A DNA stretch of 64,000 nucleotides. It comes from a virus. Below the pieces are notes generated by a model that was given only the letters and a program-made list of their open reading frames with translations, searched no databases and was not told the DNA's origin. Of this stretch, positions 48,501 to 57,847 are shown piece after piece. The translations under genes and the position numbers were made by a program. Every line of letters starts with the position of its first letter. Position 1 is the first letter of the stretch. The DNA lies in IMG/VR virus record IMGVR_UViG_3300046048_000257, positions 1 to 64,000 of that record. One strand, written 5' to 3'.

Positions 48501-49302
48501 GCGGGTGATAGGTGAAAGTAATGACTATACAGAGGTACTGCATGATGAGGAAATGATAACCAGCCGCAGCGGTACTGTGGGCTGGTGGGTTAAAAAAACC
48601 ACTGAGGATATTTACTATGATGAGGATGGTGAGCGCCAGTGCAGAAACCCACGGCTGGAAGTGATACACAGCCCAAAGGAGTACGGGCTGCTGCTGGACC
48701 AGCTGGCCATGGGTGATGGCGGTGTAGAGATAACATATGTGGACCCGTATGAGAAGTATATAACGGTTACCATACGGGTAAAGGATTTAACCGCAGCGCT
48801 GGTGGGCGCCATTATAGCCATGGTGGTAAGTGCATGGGGTGCATGGGGCTGCGTGTACTGCGGGCCATGGATAGTGGCGCTGGCCATAGCCGCCAGCTTA
48901 GTGATGTATATACTGGCAGCCATGGCGCAGTATCAATATGAAGTGTGGGCCCGCCCGCTGGGCCGGGTGAAAAATACCATACAGTATGAGGCTAATGACT
49001 ATGAAATGCAGCAAAAGCTAAATGGTGAAATAATTACAGAGGAAATAACAGACCCCCTGTGTAACAGCGTAACAGAGTGCAGGCGTGTGGCTGAGGGTAA
49101 CCTTGCTATGGTTAAGGCACAGCGCAGCCGCATACGTTTTACAAAGCTGGCACATTTACAGGATGAGCTGCTGGATAAAATAAAAGTGTACCACCCATAT
49201 AGCGGTGAGGGCATGGAGCTGCTGATGGTGAGTCTGGAGCGCACGTACACAAAGGGGGAGGGTGTTTTTGATGAGATAGATGGCTGGAGGTATATACCCT
49301 AA
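45526..49302 (+). CDS. tail tip / baseplate hub protein with large beta-rich insertion
   Basis: 1258 aa; Asp-box-like STNNGASF; C-terminal hub-like GTFIVD...NRVRVIG; hydrophobic hairpin near the C-terminus. Confidence 0.65.
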   Translation: MALTLDSALQSRLDSMHRQPAIELLSNEFLASIPFQGNSFGIAQGGTFRPHLIQHSSGRLAQVYVDEDGELQWMFTDTARNQWTTVNLSSITTGAVAASAVELANGNIGLVYTTSYLGNDKLMQATISVTGAVVASQSQIADLTDAYAYSAPYVTRLGNGTYYLIYVQKDTTTPLYTIYGQTCTTWGSWGAASNITPSGLNTAAEIDNPSLFETTEGDLFLLVDHVTSTQDDVTIKNIFSSISTNNGASFGAASARTNYTAFGSNGLDPIMIQKQNGTVWLIFYESINVLHMDSSATGFLQCRSYGMGVKDLHCDYANRKILVAYGNSQGGVKYLTGVAVVDMATWSIDKIYYNSSTPAINQIFCDQHVWNNSLIHADGKYMAMATTYGTGHMVLCVIDHTTDSVTHYVIDDVGVGGISDGVPAYYLDRNVEYNSNPPYGFLGIGPACIRVDASRDRVYIGWDGGYYRQYHIFSYIDLTEAPDGEGMYSITWVNGPTSGISVPGQNRVWYEYGWQFEIDTERQYLVAYHPGGGSVGAINWNGGLSIHAENAGAAIVKYYTPQSNNSMCLWGPRQAVVYNGAVYGDFYYSATFPYTDQRGLIKIDYLTDTITYHRPSFVTANSHTFYDFAIDEEEEYLYMACGWGVAKFSMASGAWSIFNSDTLPGFVRSGEVDSMGFVAWDPTDRNVLMGAWNDYISNYLSGIGMFSENGAYNQLQYITAYKAASWDWDAQQDLSYYTKEAKPTAVVALDDVAWVVWNHIDWEQAQNVLYWDNDLGEIDITDDITGPVTIKWELKRENKLDFKLANGYLYDPQNLLSTKNVVGQKGRKVAVRIGEIISGYNYWVNQGTFIVDTVQLSYKRGDHPVLSLSCTGKTTIWRYQQVAVSALYSGSMPDDVIRDLLDDHTTWLNSDYSIPVFSAEHSLYYQWIDKTLWEIIEEICDHFFYAMFEDADGVFTCRPVSLTQSVDHEYGDDTKLQNFSPDDNYSDYTNRVRVIGESNDYTEVLHDEEMITSRSGTVGWWVKKTTEDIYYDEDGERQCRNPRLEVIHSPKEYGLLLDQLAMGDGGVEITYVDPYEKYITVTIRVKDLTAALVGAIIAMVVSAWGAWGCVYCGPWIVALAIAASLVMYILAAMAQYQYEVWARPLGRVKNTIQYEANDYEMQQKLNGEIITEEITDPLCNSVTECRRVAEGNLAMVKAQRSRIRFTKLAHLQDELLDKIKVYHPYSGEGMELLMVSLERTYTKGEGVFDEIDGWRYIP

Positions 49303-50438
49303 TGCGGCTGTATAATAAAAGCATAACACGCAAAAGGCTGGACCAGCTGAGGCGCTGGACCATTACAGACCGTGATGCCATAGTGTGGAGCGTGGATACC
49401 AATAACTTTTATGCGCTGGTTAAAATACAGGGCAGTAATAACACGATAAAGGTACACTATCCACGTAACTGGAAAGTGACCCCTACATGGCTTAAGCGGG
49501 GTAACGCTGTGCGCATAAGGCACCGGTCCGGGGCTCAGGGTTTCATAGAACTGGTGGGCCATGGCCGGGCCATACCCAGCCCTGTGGAGGGTGACCAGCT
49601 GCCCACGCCCACAGAGCTAACTGATGGTATAGTAACTGGTATGCAGATACTGGAGTACGGTGGCGGGGGTATGAATATTTACGTTAATGATGGCACTTAC
49701 CGCATAAATGGCACCACTTATGTTTATACCATAGATATAACCGGGTACATAGTAATGGATGACCCGGCGCCCATGACCATGGGAGTGGGCACACTTATGG
49801 GCTGGGGTGATGATGTAACCCCGGTGACCATAGAGGCGGCGCCCAGTGCAGGCTCTGGCCGGTATGATGCTTTAGTGATAGGGGCAGATGGCACAGTGGA
49901 TGTGGTTAAGGGCACAGCTGTTAGCCTGAGCACTGAGCCCACTAAGCCCGCAGTGCCCTCCGGGCATGTGCTTATAGGCTATCTGTTTATTTACGGAGGC
50001 ATGACCTCCATACCACAGAACTGGATAGGAGTGGAGTGGACCGCTCCATATCCTAATACAGTTACAATTTCAGCCGGGGCGCCGATTTATAAGGATGGCA
50101 CCTATGGCACCTTAACTATGACATGGAGCGCTGTGGATGATACACCTTATGGCTCCATAACTTTTTCGATAAAGGACCAGTATGGTGTTAGCCGCAGTAT
50201 AAGCCAGACCGCCACCCTAAGCCTGCTGGCGGGCACAGGCGGAGTGAGCGCCAGCACCTCAGGCTTTGGCAGCAGCGCCTCCAAAACATGCACCAGCTCA
50301 TGCACATTTTATTATGAGCGTAACCAGCTGGCTACGCCAGAGGTGAGCCCACTTTTGCGCATAGATTTTAATAATTACCCCAGCCTTACACAGGTGGTAC
50401 CTATAACTTTACTGGACTCTGGAGGTGACCCCGTATGA
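49302..50438 (+). CDS. minor tail protein
   Basis: GTYRING...RYDALVI...VVKGT...P.KPAVP pattern common in tail proteins. Confidence 0.6.
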   Translation: MRLYNKSITRKRLDQLRRWTITDRDAIVWSVDTNNFYALVKIQGSNNTIKVHYPRNWKVTPTWLKRGNAVRIRHRSGAQGFIELVGHGRAIPSPVEGDQLPTPTELTDGIVTGMQILEYGGGGMNIYVNDGTYRINGTTYVYTIDITGYIVMDDPAPMTMGVGTLMGWGDDVTPVTIEAAPSAGSGRYDALVIGADGTVDVVKGTAVSLSTEPTKPAVPSGHVLIGYLFIYGGMTSIPQNWIGVEWTAPYPNTVTISAGAPIYKDGTYGTLTMTWSAVDDTPYGSITFSIKDQYGVSRSISQTATLSLLAGTGGVSASTSGFGSSASKTCTSSCTFYYERNQLATPEVSPLLRIDFNNYPSLTQVVPITLLDSGGDPV

Positions 50439-50653
50439 GTGAGCTAACTGATAAACTGGATGAAATAATAAAAAACCAGCACACAATTATGAGTATGTTA
50501 AGTGACATACTGGAGGCCATGCCGGACCCCAGCCAGCGCCCGGATATAGCGGCAGCCTTTAAGCCGCTTATGGATAATCCTTTATTTAAGGATAATCCGG
50601 CTATGCAGAGCCTGCTGGGCTCATTTATAAAAAAGGGAGGTAATACCCCATGA
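50435..50653 (+). CDS. hypothetical protein
   Basis: GGAGG RBS; coupled to neighbours. Confidence 0.5.
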   Translation: MSELTDKLDEIIKNQHTIMSMLSDILEAMPDPSQRPDIAAAFKPLMDNPLFKDNPAMQSLLGSFIKKGGNTP

Positions 50654-51153
50654 GTGAATTTTACCATACACCGTATAGTGATGGTGTAACAGAATACAAA
50701 GCGGCGGATATGAACGCCCCTTTAGGTGAGCTGGACCAAGCGCTTAATGATATACGTGGGCCCCGGCGTTTTGATTTTATGGGGCAGTATTTAGGTGATG
50801 TGCTTAACAGCGGAGCGCTGCTTATGCAGGGTATCACTGGCAGGCAGATGAAACTTAAAGCCGGGGCGCCGGGCAGTAAGCTATATGTGGGCACAGGGCC
50901 TACTGCTCCACGGGTGTTTAGCATAAAGCGCAACGGTGTGCAGGTAGGCACGGCCACGGTAAACACCGGAGGCCACTGGGCCAGCTTTAGTGTGGCCGCA
51001 GATGTGCAGTTTTATAACGGTGACCTGCTGGAGTTAACCGGGCCTAACCCTGCGGATGGCAGTATGCAGGATGTGAGCTGGAATATTATTTTAGAGCGCC
51101 CGGATGTGGCGGACCGGACCACGACCACTACGACCACCACCACTACCGTTTAG
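50650..51153 (+). CDS. tail-associated protein with poly-Thr C-terminus
   Basis: Beta-rich; ends R-T10-V. Confidence 0.6.
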   Translation: MSEFYHTPYSDGVTEYKAADMNAPLGELDQALNDIRGPRRFDFMGQYLGDVLNSGALLMQGITGRQMKLKAGAPGSKLYVGTGPTAPRVFSIKRNGVQVGTATVNTGGHWASFSVAADVQFYNGDLLELTGPNPADGSMQDVSWNIILERPDVADRTTTTTTTTTTV

Positions 51154-51165
51154 GGAGGCAGAATA

Positions 51166-52254
51166 ATGACGCTCTTGATGTGTGAGGGTTTTGAAACTAT
51201 ACCAGCGAATAACCCCGGCTTAGTATTTACAGGATACGGAACGCCACCGACTGATATGACCCAATATACAGGGAGGTTTGGCCGTGGTAAGGCATGGGGT
51301 AGGCCGGGGAGTAATACCACTACTTCGTGGTGGTATTTAAACGGCACAGTGTGGGGCTATTCGGCGGATACAGTTGGTTATATTGTGGGATTTGCCGCTA
51401 AAAGAACTAATTGGAATAACTCTTTTTCCGTGCACTCATACATGACCTCCGGCTCATATACTGATGCGTTTCAAGTTAGATTTATTCAGGATTATATACG
51501 GGTTAAAATGTGGAATACGGACTATCCGGCATATGATGTTTATTTGCCAGAGGGTACATGGGCTTATGTGGAATGGTATTACAAGCGGCATAGCTCAACA
51601 GGCAGATACCATTTAAAAGTAAATGGAAATACCATTCGTGATTTTACCGGCGATACCCGATATTCAACCGGAGCAAGCCACGTGGGTGTTACATTTAGGG
51701 GCGATGCGTGGGCAGGGTTTCAATTTGATGATCTATATTTCCTTGCAGTGGATGGCTCAGGGTTAAATGATTTTCTTGGAAAATGCAGGGTTGACCCTGC
51801 CTTACCAAATGGTGCTGGTAATTATGGCCAATTTACTCCAAGTGCTGGGAGTAATTATGAGTGCGTGGATGATGACCCATACAGTGAAACTGATTATGTT
51901 GAGGCTGATACTGATGGTGACAGAGATTCATATACGATTGCAAGTGTGGATTCAGATATAGTGGATAGGCGAATAAAAGCCATTCAGCTTACGCCAGCCA
52001 TAGCACGAACGGAGGACCTTGCTAATTTAGATATGACGCCATTTTTAAGGAAAAGCTCAGTTGATTATGATGGGACTTTATGGAATGTACCTAATACTGC
52101 TTATAGAATACGGCGTGGCTTGTGGACCGCTGACCCCAGCGATAGTAACCCGTGGACAAAGGCCAAAATAAATGCGTGTGAAATAGGAGTTAAATTAAGT
52201 AAGGAAGTCACGACCTCCACAACCTCAACCTCTACAACCTCAACAGCAGCGTAA
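51166..52254 (+). CDS. tail-associated beta-sandwich (LamG/ConA-like) protein with Thr/Ser tail; atypical composition
   Basis: WAYVEW...G.YHLKVNG...FDDLY; ends VTTSTTSTSTTSTAA. Confidence 0.65.
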   Translation: MTLLMCEGFETIPANNPGLVFTGYGTPPTDMTQYTGRFGRGKAWGRPGSNTTTSWWYLNGTVWGYSADTVGYIVGFAAKRTNWNNSFSVHSYMTSGSYTDAFQVRFIQDYIRVKMWNTDYPAYDVYLPEGTWAYVEWYYKRHSSTGRYHLKVNGNTIRDFTGDTRYSTGASHVGVTFRGDAWAGFQFDDLYFLAVDGSGLNDFLGKCRVDPALPNGAGNYGQFTPSAGSNYECVDDDPYSETDYVEADTDGDRDSYTIASVDSDIVDRRIKAIQLTPAIARTEDLANLDMTPFLRKSSVDYDGTLWNVPNTAYRIRRGLWTADPSDSNPWTKAKINACEIGVKLSKEVTTSTTSTSTTSTAA

Positions 52255-52260
52255 GGTTTT

Positions 52261-55200
52261 GTGATGAGCCAAGAAACAAATGACCTGCGAGTTTCACAGA
52301 TACGGCTGCAAGTGCTGTGGGCGTTTACTTCTACCACCACCACCACGACCAGCACCACCAGCCATTACTGGGAGGAGGATTTTGAGGGCATGGTGGAGGA
52401 TGACCCGCCTACGGGCTGGACTGAAACGTGGGATACAGCTAACGTGGATACCTCCGTAAAAGCAGCTAAGGGGGCGCTGAGTTTATTTTTAGATAAAACC
52501 AGTAATGCTAAGATAGCGGTAACCCGTAATATAGGCATAAAGGCACGGGGTGAGCTGCTGGGACTATTGCAGGCTAAGGATGCGTTTAGCACTTTTGCAG
52601 GAGGACTGGGGGCCCGGATAAGCGGGGCAGTGGGCACAGAAACCGGATACGTGGTATTTATGGACCCGGCTGATAATAAGCTGAAACTGCGCCGGTATAA
52701 TAATGGCACCAGCAGTGACCGGGCGGAGGCCAGTAAAACTATTAATGCAGATAGCTGGTACTGGATACGCATGAGGCTGGATGGCGCTGTGATTAAAGCC
52801 CGCCTGTGGGGTAGGATGGCCGCAGAGCCGGGCACATGGGATATAGACCATACAGATACCAGCCCGGTGACCGCAGCAGGTGAGTGGGGTGTATGCACAT
52901 TTAATGCGGATGTGTACTGTGAGCACATATTGTATGAGCATGATAGTAACTTATGGCCCATAGCACAGCCCAGCTATGATACCACCTCCACCAGCACCAC
53001 GACCACCACCACGACCACCACCAGCACCACGACCACAGGCACTACCACTACCAGTTTGCCAGTGCCTTTGACTATTGCGAACTGCATAGAGTGGCTGGAT
53101 GCCTCAGACCCGGCCACGCTTTATAAGGATACAGGTAAGGTTGAAAATGTTAGTTTAGATAGTGATGAGGTGGCTCTGTGGGCAGATAAATCTGGTGAGG
53201 GCGTGGATGTGCAGCAGAGTAACGCTGGTGAGAAACCACTTTATAAAACCGCTGTTTTAAATGGTCTATCGGTGGTGCAGTTTGATGGCAGTAATGACTG
53301 GCTCCAGTCCACCTCCCAGTTAGAGATTACCGATACACAGCATACGATTTTTGCAGTAATTAAAAAAACCAGCTCTGCTGCTACCTGGGGAGGTTTAGTG
53401 GATTTAGACCAAGCGGAGGGCACACGTATATTTAACCTCCGTGCCAGAAATGATGGTAATGTAGAGTATGGGCCAATTTCAGGCACCACTGGGTACATGG
53501 ATTATGAGCCGTACACAGTGGGTGCATGGATGCTGATAGTAGGTAAAAATACAGACTCAGTGGTGCAGACGCATGTAAACCTAAATTCGGATGGCGCTTC
53601 TGCTATAAGTGGCACCCCTAATACTGGTTTCCATGATGTACTTATAGGCGCACACCGTATAGGCACCTCATGGGAGTGGAATTTAGCGGGGCAAATAGCA
53701 GAGGTTATAATATATGACCGCAGACTGAGCCCCATACAGACTGAAAAAATAACACATTATCTAAATATCAAGTGGGGGCTGGGATTAAATTTTGCTACCA
53801 CGACCACCAGCACCTCCACCACTACACATACCACCACAACCGTTTATGAGGGTGAGCTGGTGCGAGTAAACGGTGAGTGGAGTGATATGCGTGTGAGTAA
53901 TTATACTAATTTTTCGGAGCACGCTGCTTTGTGTGATGGCAGCATAGCTTATGCAGGCTATATGGGATATGGTGGCCAGCCTTACTGGGTGACGCAGGAG
54001 CTGGTTAAAGCGTACACTGTGTATAAAATAAGATGGTACAGCACGGGCGCAGATGGCCGGGATATGAAAAGTTTTGACCTGCTGGCCAGTAATACCGGTG
54101 CTTTTGGGGGTGAGGAGGTAACCTTGCTGCAAGTCACTAACCAGACCGGATGGACTGGTGAGTGGCGTGAGTGGTATGTACCTAATGATACAGCCTATAA
54201 GTTTTACCGGGTAGCCAATATTTACGGCAATAATTCTTTTTATATCTATTATTATGAAATGGAGCTACTGGCACCTCCCAGTGAGGTGGAAAGTTTCGGA
54301 GCAGACCAGACCGGTAGCGCCAGCATGAGTGCAGGCTCAGGTACTCCAGCTAACTGCGTGGATGATAATTTAAGTACATACTGGTCCACTGGCAGCACCA
54401 CAGACTGGTTACAGGCTTACTGGCCAGATGGTAAAGTGATACGTAAGGTAACCATGCAGCCCAGCAGTGTTAACTCCAGCCGTGTGCCACATGAGTGGAC
54501 CCTTAAAGCCAGCATGACCGGTGCTTTTGGGGGTGAGGAGGTAACCCTGTTAGATGTAGCTGGTGGACTTTATGATAACGCAAACGAAAAACGAACGTGG
54601 ATTTTTGCTAATGCTGTGGCCTATAAATATTACCGCTTTGACCCTATACATACACTCGGTAGCTCATATATTTATCTGGCAGAGCTGGAAATGATGGAGG
54701 CGGGTGCAATTACCACCACCACGACCACCACGACCACCAGCGCCAGCACGACCAGCAGCGCCACCATAGAGGCGGGGGCTCAGTATTCCACTAACTGGAG
54801 CGGATACAGCCCGGATGTGGCGCCCAGTGACTGGACTGAGCGCTGGGAGGCGCCTGTGGCAGCCATTACGGTAAAGGATGATGGCGGCCAATATGGGGCC
54901 CAGTACCTGCTGATAGACCACAGCACTTTTGGCCATTACATGGCAGACTGGAATGATGTGGGCGTGGCTAAGGATGTGGATGTGCTGGCCAAAGTGCAGT
55001 TTAATGACCCCAGCCCACTGGCCGGGCAGAATTATTTTAGCGTGATATTGAGGCAGACCGGAGGCACCAGTAATAAAAACGGCTATACGCTGCGCCTATT
55101 TCCTAATGATGACCAGATTAAGGCATACAAGTGGGTAAATAATGTAGCCAGCCAGATAGGGCCCACCAAGGCCAAAACACTGAGCACATATTGGTATTGG

Positions 55201-55530
55201 GTACGCTTTCAGGTAATAGGTAATGCTGTAAAAGCCAAAGTGTGGACCGGGCAGCCCTCAGACCAGCCCGGCACATGGGATATTGAGGTAACCGATAGTG
55301 CCCACGCAGGTGTGTATGGTACAGTGGGGCTGGGCAGTTACAATGGTGATGCCACGTGGGTGGACTATTTTAGCGTGGGCACAGGTGGGCAGAGTGCGCC
55401 AGCCCTTGCGGATTATATAAGCACGACCACCAGCACCACGACCACCACCAGCACTACGACCACAGGCACCACAGAAACACCTATGGAGCCCGCCACGTAT
55501 ATATCAGTGGGCTCATTACAGGGCGCATAA
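52261..55530 (+). CDS. multi-domain tail fibre / adhesin (LamG-like and discoidin-like domains separated by Thr/Ser linkers)
   Basis: WLDASD...W.DKSG...FDGSND...G.IAEVIIYDR.LS; duplicated ASxTGAFGGEEVTLL modules; related N- and C-terminal domains; five Thr tracts. Confidence 0.7.
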   Translation: MMSQETNDLRVSQIRLQVLWAFTSTTTTTTSTTSHYWEEDFEGMVEDDPPTGWTETWDTANVDTSVKAAKGALSLFLDKTSNAKIAVTRNIGIKARGELLGLLQAKDAFSTFAGGLGARISGAVGTETGYVVFMDPADNKLKLRRYNNGTSSDRAEASKTINADSWYWIRMRLDGAVIKARLWGRMAAEPGTWDIDHTDTSPVTAAGEWGVCTFNADVYCEHILYEHDSNLWPIAQPSYDTTSTSTTTTTTTTTSTTTTGTTTTSLPVPLTIANCIEWLDASDPATLYKDTGKVENVSLDSDEVALWADKSGEGVDVQQSNAGEKPLYKTAVLNGLSVVQFDGSNDWLQSTSQLEITDTQHTIFAVIKKTSSAATWGGLVDLDQAEGTRIFNLRARNDGNVEYGPISGTTGYMDYEPYTVGAWMLIVGKNTDSVVQTHVNLNSDGASAISGTPNTGFHDVLIGAHRIGTSWEWNLAGQIAEVIIYDRRLSPIQTEKITHYLNIKWGLGLNFATTTTSTSTTTHTTTTVYEGELVRVNGEWSDMRVSNYTNFSEHAALCDGSIAYAGYMGYGGQPYWVTQELVKAYTVYKIRWYSTGADGRDMKSFDLLASNTGAFGGEEVTLLQVTNQTGWTGEWREWYVPNDTAYKFYRVANIYGNNSFYIYYYEMELLAPPSEVESFGADQTGSASMSAGSGTPANCVDDNLSTYWSTGSTTDWLQAYWPDGKVIRKVTMQPSSVNSSRVPHEWTLKASMTGAFGGEEVTLLDVAGGLYDNANEKRTWIFANAVAYKYYRFDPIHTLGSSYIYLAELEMMEAGAITTTTTTTTTSASTTSSATIEAGAQYSTNWSGYSPDVAPSDWTERWEAPVAAITVKDDGGQYGAQYLLIDHSTFGHYMADWNDVGVAKDVDVLAKVQFNDPSPLAGQNYFSVILRQTGGTSNKNGYTLRLFPNDDQIKAYKWVNNVASQIGPTKAKTLSTYWYWVRFQVIGNAVKAKVWTGQPSDQPGTWDIEVTDSAHAGVYGTVGLGSYNGDATWVDYFSVGTGGQSAPALADYISTTTSTTTTTSTTTTGTTETPMEPATYISVGSLQGA

Positions 55531-55535
55531 ATTTA

Positions 55536-55563
55536 TTGATAATACAGGTAGGTACTGTATAAT
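55536..55563 (+). promoter_or_regulatory. sigma70-like promoter of the glycan operon
   Basis: TTGATA-N16-TATAAT in the intergenic gap. Confidence 0.55.
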
Positions 55564-55607
55564 AAAACACATTATGTGGCGTTTTTTAACGTGTACGGCC
55601 ACCAGAT

Positions 55608-57005
55608 ATGGGGTGGCGTAACTTTAAAAAAGTAAGGAGGATAATTATGAGGGTAGCTATTTTGTCACACTTTCAGAGCTTTGCACCCAGCTATGCGCTG
55701 GCTGTGGGGTGGTATGAGCGGGCTAAGATGCTGGAATATTTTGGCGTGGACTTTACTTTTTTTACAGCCAAAAACTGCCCGCCGGGCTCATATCCTAACC
55801 AGCAGAGCGTACTTTACACCATACCGGGCTCCAGACCGTATAAGGAAAAAGTGGAGCGTTTTACGGAGCAGTACGTGAGTCTGCTGGCTGATTATGATGT
55901 GGTGCTAACCCCGGATATTATTTACCAGCGCAAGGGTAATTTTTTGGCATGGAATCAGGCCGCCCGTAACGCAGCCAGAGTGATACGGCCATGGTGGTGC
56001 CACTGGATACACAGCAGCTGGGTAACCCGCCCTAATAATCTAAACTTAAAGGACCCGGATAGCCTGCGCTTTCAGATGATGGACCGCAGCTTTTTAGTTT
56101 ATCTTAATGAGTCTGAAAGCCTCCAGCTGTGCCAGATGTATGATACAGAGCCTAAGTGGGTGCGCTTTGTGCATAACCCTAAGGACCCCCGTGTATTTTT
56201 TAACATGCACCCATTTAGCTGGAAAATCATTAAGCAGCTTAAGCTGTATGAAAAGGAGGCCGTGTGTGTGTTTCCACACTGCTCCACCCGGATGGATGCC
56301 AAGGGTATAGATGGCGTGATACGGGTAATGGCTGGGCTCAAAAGGGCCGGGCATAGTGTGGGGCTGGTATTTTGTAATGCTAACGCCCGTAAGGTGCAGC
56401 ATGAGATAGGCCAAAAGCGCCAGTATATTGCACAGCGGGGCCTGATAGAGGGTGAGGATTATATGTTTACCCATGAGCTGGATGATTACCGGCCTATGCC
56501 CCGCAAGGTGGTGCGGGACCTGATGCAAATATCTAACCTTTTTGTTTTTGCCAGCTGGCGTGAAACCACTGGAAACGCTTTTCAGGAGGCGCAGATAAGC
56601 GGTAACCTGCTGGTGCTTAATCAGCACCTGCCTTGCTTACAGGAGCTGGCCGATAAGGACCGGACCCTGTGGCTGGATACCTCATATAAAACACCGGGCC
56701 GCATGGATGGCCAGACCGGTGACCTCCAGCAGGTAAACTACATGCCCAGTGAGGAGCCGTATTTTGACCATTTAGCCAAGGTGCGCATTATACCTAACCT
56801 ATGGCCTAAAAAACATATGTGGGCTTTTAGTTTTGAGCGCATATGGCACACACAGTTTAAGCCTCTGCTGGATGAGGCCTGTAAGCTGGCTCACAGCATA
56901 GACCCCCCGGATATGCCTAAAACTGAAATACTGGAGGTGGATGCCCCTGAGCACACGGGTGAGGCTTGTGATATTAGTGAGGTGGAGGGAGGTGCGGCAT
57001 GTTAG
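55608..57005 (+). CDS. GT-B (GT4-like) glycosyltransferase (true start probably 55647)
   Basis: MRVAIL N-terminus; RMDAKG; LFVFASWRETTGNAFQEA (Ex7E motif). Confidence 0.8.
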   Translation: MGWRNFKKVRRIIMRVAILSHFQSFAPSYALAVGWYERAKMLEYFGVDFTFFTAKNCPPGSYPNQQSVLYTIPGSRPYKEKVERFTEQYVSLLADYDVVLTPDIIYQRKGNFLAWNQAARNAARVIRPWWCHWIHSSWVTRPNNLNLKDPDSLRFQMMDRSFLVYLNESESLQLCQMYDTEPKWVRFVHNPKDPRVFFNMHPFSWKIIKQLKLYEKEAVCVFPHCSTRMDAKGIDGVIRVMAGLKRAGHSVGLVFCNANARKVQHEIGQKRQYIAQRGLIEGEDYMFTHELDDYRPMPRKVVRDLMQISNLFVFASWRETTGNAFQEAQISGNLLVLNQHLPCLQELADKDRTLWLDTSYKTPGRMDGQTGDLQQVNYMPSEEPYFDHLAKVRIIPNLWPKKHMWAFSFERIWHTQFKPLLDEACKLAHSIDPPDMPKTEILEVDAPEHTGEACDISEVEGGAAC

Positions 57006-57847
57006 TGCACTCCTATCTGACTAATGGTTTTGTGCCCATGGCTGAGGTATTTTTATTGAGTCTGCATAAGGTTATGGGCACAGCGGCGCCTCTGGTGTGG
57101 CTGGATACCCGGAGCCTGAGCCCGGTGCAGATACAAAGCCTGCGGCTGTGTTACCCGGAGGAGCTGCTGCATATCGTAAACAGGTCTATACCTATGGAGG
57201 ACTGGGCTAAGCAGGCGGGAGTGGATGTACCCACCCTTAGGAAATATAAGCGGGAGTGTGAGGGCCGTTTTGTATCGAATAAAAACCGGGTATGGAAACT
57301 AATGACCGCTGGTGATGACCGGATAAAAGCGCTGTATGATTTAATATGGGGTGTGCCCACCCGGCCACGTAATGAGTTACCAGACTGGGAGGGCGTTATG
57401 CCCAATTTTGTAGCACATTTTGATATTGATACACTTTTTAGGCGCCCGCTGGAGGGCCTGCCTGCTATGATGGAGGAGGCTGATATATGGCTTAAACTGA
57501 GGCCGGGGCACCCCACGCTTAAGGCCCGGATAACCATAGACTGTATTTTTTTAAAAGGCAGTAATGGGGTACGGCATTTTTTTGACCGGTGGCGGTATCA
57601 CATAGACCGTGTGCCCCCTCCACAGCGCCCGGTAGGCTGGGGGCAGGCCAGCTGCTGGCACGGATTTACTGAGGTAATGCCGGACCTGAAATATAGCACC
57701 CTGCCTTTATCTTACGGCCTACCGGGCCGTAACCATCCTGATGATGTAATATGGACCGGTAATGTGCATAAGCTAACTAAGGATGATTGTGTAAAACTAT
57801 TCAAAAGGGAGCTAAAACATGGCCCGTATAATAGTGCTGGGCGGTGA
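56999..57847 (+). CDS. putative GT-A glycosyltransferase
   Basis: DxD motif HFDIDTLF; GWGQ; operon context. Confidence 0.55.
   Translation: MLVHSYLTNGFVPMAEVFLLSLHKVMGTAAPLVWLDTRSLSPVQIQSLRLCYPEELLHIVNRSIPMEDWAKQAGVDVPTLRKYKRECEGRFVSNKNRVWKLMTAGDDRIKALYDLIWGVPTRPRNELPDWEGVMPNFVAHFDIDTLFRRPLEGLPAMMEEADIWLKLRPGHPTLKARITIDCIFLKGSNGVRHFFDRWRYHIDRVPPPQRPVGWGQASCWHGFTEVMPDLKYSTLPLSYGLPGRNHPDDVIWTGNVHKLTKDDCVKLFKRELKHGPYNSAGR

Noticed and set aside
25172-55473. ACC-rich tracts as a CRISPR array, microsatellites or DGR repeats
   Set aside because: No repeat-spacer periodicity and no reverse transcriptase seen; the tracts are in frame with mixed synonymous codons, so they are protein-level low complexity
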